Positions 61,748 to 64,000 of a stretch of 64,000 nt of DNA are shown piece by piece. The stretch spans positions 3,337 through 67,336 of the forward strand of contig JABWAT010000009.1 in the NCBI GenBank assembly GCA_013360915.1, written 5' to 3'. The notes beneath the pieces were generated by a model, which did not search any database, was not told where the DNA came from, and was given only the letters and a program-made list of their open reading frames with translations. The DNA comes from Bacteroidota bacterium (lineage in GTDB: Bacteria > Bacteroidota > JABWAT01). Every line of letters begins with the position of its first letter. The first letter of the stretch is position 1. The translations under genes and the position numbers were made by a program.

Positions 61748-62713
61748 ATGAAAAACGAAAAAAAATCCACCTCATTGGTTGTACTGTTTATTGATGATGA
61801 ACCTACCCAGCATCTGGTGATGGATAAAGTGCTGAGTCCGTTGGGCGTAATGGTTATTCATGCCAACAGTGTGCAGGAAGGGGTCGATAAACTGAAAACG
61901 GTTCAGGTAAACCTGATTCTGACCGATATTCACATGGAAGGGATGGATGGACTTTCGTTTCTGGCGGTTCTGAAAAAAGACAGGAAACTGAACAAAATTC
62001 CGGTGGTCGTGATAACTGGCGATACCTCGAGTGAAAAATCGAAACTGGCCTACGATCAGGGTGCAGTTGGGTTTGTGACCAAACCTGTCCAGCAGGATGA
62101 CATGGCCCATCTGGTACGCACTTTCGCAGCTTTTGGTGATATTTATGAAACCACTGAGGATACCGACGAATTTTACCTTCGCAAAAAACATAAACTCACG
62201 ACCACGCTGGCAAAGGATTCGCTGGAGCGGAATTTACCAAAAGCCATGGCCAACTACCTGAACGGACTGAAGGACATTTACGATTTTTCCGTGATTGGGT
62301 ACTATGAAAAGCAGGCCGATGGTTCCTTTGGACTGGCCAGTGAAGTCGGTGATATCCTTCTGATGGAGGATCTCAGAAAGGTCAATCCTTCCGACTATTC
62401 ACAGGTTGCCCGCATGCTCAGTGAAGCAGATGAGGTGTTCAGTAATGACTTATTGCGTACCCCATCACCCCTTTTAAAGGTATGGGCCAATCATTACAGT
62501 CTGGTGAGTGAAGTATTGCTCCCGTTTTTCCGGGTTGATGACCGCGCGTTTGCCGTGGGTGCCGGCAGCAACCGGAAAAATCTTGCAATCACCGGGTTTT
62601 TCTGGGGATTCCGGAGCAGCCTTTTTACCACCCGTGAAGCCGATTTTATCAAACGGCTGTCCGATCAGGCCAATCCGATTCTGTATTCCCTGCTCAGCGC
62701 CTCCAAGCGTTAA
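61748..62713 (+). CDS. Response regulator: REC domain plus a C-terminal output domain of unknown type (GAF-like?)
   Basis: DDEP...D(I)HMEGMDG...K receiver motifs. Confidence 0.7.
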   Translation: MKNEKKSTSLVVLFIDDEPTQHLVMDKVLSPLGVMVIHANSVQEGVDKLKTVQVNLILTDIHMEGMDGLSFLAVLKKDRKLNKIPVVVITGDTSSEKSKLAYDQGAVGFVTKPVQQDDMAHLVRTFAAFGDIYETTEDTDEFYLRKKHKLTTTLAKDSLERNLPKAMANYLNGLKDIYDFSVIGYYEKQADGSFGLASEVGDILLMEDLRKVNPSDYSQVARMLSEADEVFSNDLLRTPSPLLKVWANHYSLVSEVLLPFFRVDDRAFAVGAGSNRKNLAITGFFWGFRSSLFTTREADFIKRLSDQANPILYSLLSASKR

Positions 62714-62846
62714 TTCTTCATTAGAAACAACCCGGTCCCATGGTTTCACCTGCCGCTTATGGGGACTATTTGGTATTTTATGGACGGAACGATTGCATCT
62801 GACCAATGTAATCACCCGTTTTTGACCAAATAATCAGAGGTAAACC

Positions 62847-64000
62847 ATGGACCGCCGCAAAGTGATCATCATGGGGGCCGCCGGGCGCGACTTCCATAAT
62901 TTCAACACCCTTTTCCGTCAGAATAAATCAATCGAAGTGGTGGCATTTACTGCCACCCAGATTCCCAATATCGACGACCGGAAATACCCGGCTGAACTGG
63001 CCGGTCCCTTATACCCAGAGGGTATTCCCATTTTTCCCGAGGAAGATCTTGAAAAACTGATCCGGAAATTTAAAGCCGATGAGGTGGTTTTCAGTTATTC
63101 CGATGTGAATTACCAGTATGTCATGTCACGGGCTTCGAAAGTGAATGCAGCCGGTGCCGATTTCCGGTTCGCCGGCGGAACACCCACCATGATCAAATCG
63201 AAAAAACCGGTGATTGCCGTTTGTGCGGTCCGCACCGGATGCGGAAAAAGCCAGACGACCCGCCGGGTCAGTGAAATTCTGAAATCGATGGGTAAAAAAG
63301 TGGTGGCCATCCGCCATCCAATGCCATACGGAGACCTGGTTGCTCAGAAGGTTCAGCGGTTTGCTGCTTTAAAGGATCTGGATAAACACCAGTGTACCAT
63401 CGAAGAACGCGAAGAATATGAACCTCATATCATGACCGGAACCATCATTTATTCCGGTGTGGATTATGAAGCCATTCTGCGGGAAGCAGAAAAAGAAGCC
63501 GATGTGATTTTGTGGGATGGCGGAAACAACGATCTGCCATTCTATCAACCCGACCTTCACATCGTGGTAACCGACCCGCTGCGCACCGGTGATGAATTGT
63601 TTTATTACCCGGGCGAAACCAATCTGCGTATGGCCGATGTGGTGGTAATAAATAAAATTGATTCGGCCAATTTTGACAACATTGAAGAATTGCGGATGAA
63701 CATCCGTTCCGTGAATCCGGATGCCATCGTTATCGATGCCGCTTCCCCGGTTACTGTAGAAGACCCGAAGATTATCCGTGGTAAACGGGTGTTGGTGGTC
63801 GAAGACGGTCCGACACTGACCCACGGCGAAATGGAATTTGGGGCCGGTGTGATTGCCGCCAGGAAATACGGGGCCTCTGCCATTATTGATCCGCGTCCGT
63901 TTGTGGTTGGTGAAATTGCAGCCACGTTTAAGAAATACCCCGGTATCGGAGAGGTGTTGCCTGCCATGGGCTATGGCGATAAACAGATCCGTGATCTCGA
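62847..64000 (+). CDS. P-loop NTPase family protein (cyclic-2,3-diphosphoglycerate-synthetase-like), 3'-truncated by the window end
   Basis: An open frame from the ATG at 62847 to the window edge. Walker A-like AVRTGCGKSQT. Confidence 0.35.
   Translation, partial: MDRRKVIIMGAAGRDFHNFNTLFRQNKSIEVVAFTATQIPNIDDRKYPAELAGPLYPEGIPIFPEEDLEKLIRKFKADEVVFSYSDVNYQYVMSRASKVNAAGADFRFAGGTPTMIKSKKPVIAVCAVRTGCGKSQTTRRVSEILKSMGKKVVAIRHPMPYGDLVAQKVQRFAALKDLDKHQCTIEEREEYEPHIMTGTIIYSGVDYEAILREAEKEADVILWDGGNNDLPFYQPDLHIVVTDPLRTGDELFYYPGETNLRMADVVVINKIDSANFDNIEELRMNIRSVNPDAIVIDAASPVTVEDPKIIRGKRVLVVEDGPTLTHGEMEFGAGVIAARKYGASAIIDPRPFVVGEIAATFKKYPGIGEVLPAMGYGDKQIRDL

Overview
This 64 kb window looks like chromosomal DNA from a moderately GC-rich bacterium of the FCB group. 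Two secreted proteins end in type IX secretion C-terminal sorting domains, the ATP synthase operon lacks atpD and atpC, and Shine-Dalgarno sequences are in use. Most of the window is housekeeping and envelope genes. These include an atpZ-atpI-atpBEFHAG operon preceded by a bactofilin and M23 peptidase pair, dnaK and clpB, a ccmFEDCB cytochrome c maturation cluster with a CxxxY variant of CcmE, and the tilS-hpt-ftsH block. They also include IcmF, a glycosylation cluster built from a GtrB-like GT2, a YfhO-family protein, a methyltransferase and a GT4, a GH13 amylase, M1 and M3 peptidases, and a cytochrome c peroxidase. The more unusual parts are these. (1) The first 2.8 kb is a sharply AT-rich island next to two tRNA-Ser genes. 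It carries a translationally coupled four-gene operon: a Zn-ribbon plus DUF4145 protein, a BamHI/BglII-like restriction endonuclease, an MT-A70-family adenine methyltransferase, and a two-TM protein. This is a candidate composite restriction-modification or abortive-infection defence module. (2) Next to tilS there is a tandem array of an initiator tRNA-fMet, a canonical tRNA(CAU), and two tRNA-like paralogs whose D-arm has been exactly replaced by a GC-rich hairpin. The same GTCCGGCAG hairpin motif occurs in a degenerate tRNA-Ser fragment 35 kb away. (3) A family of CAGNNNN heptamer tandem repeats lies immediately 3' of stop codons at three loci. (4) An M1 aminopeptidase is fused to an Omp85-type beta-barrel. 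(5) A signalling cluster combines a STAS protein, a CZB plus hemerythrin protein, and a REC-domain response regulator. No CRISPR arrays, rRNA genes or intact transposases were seen.
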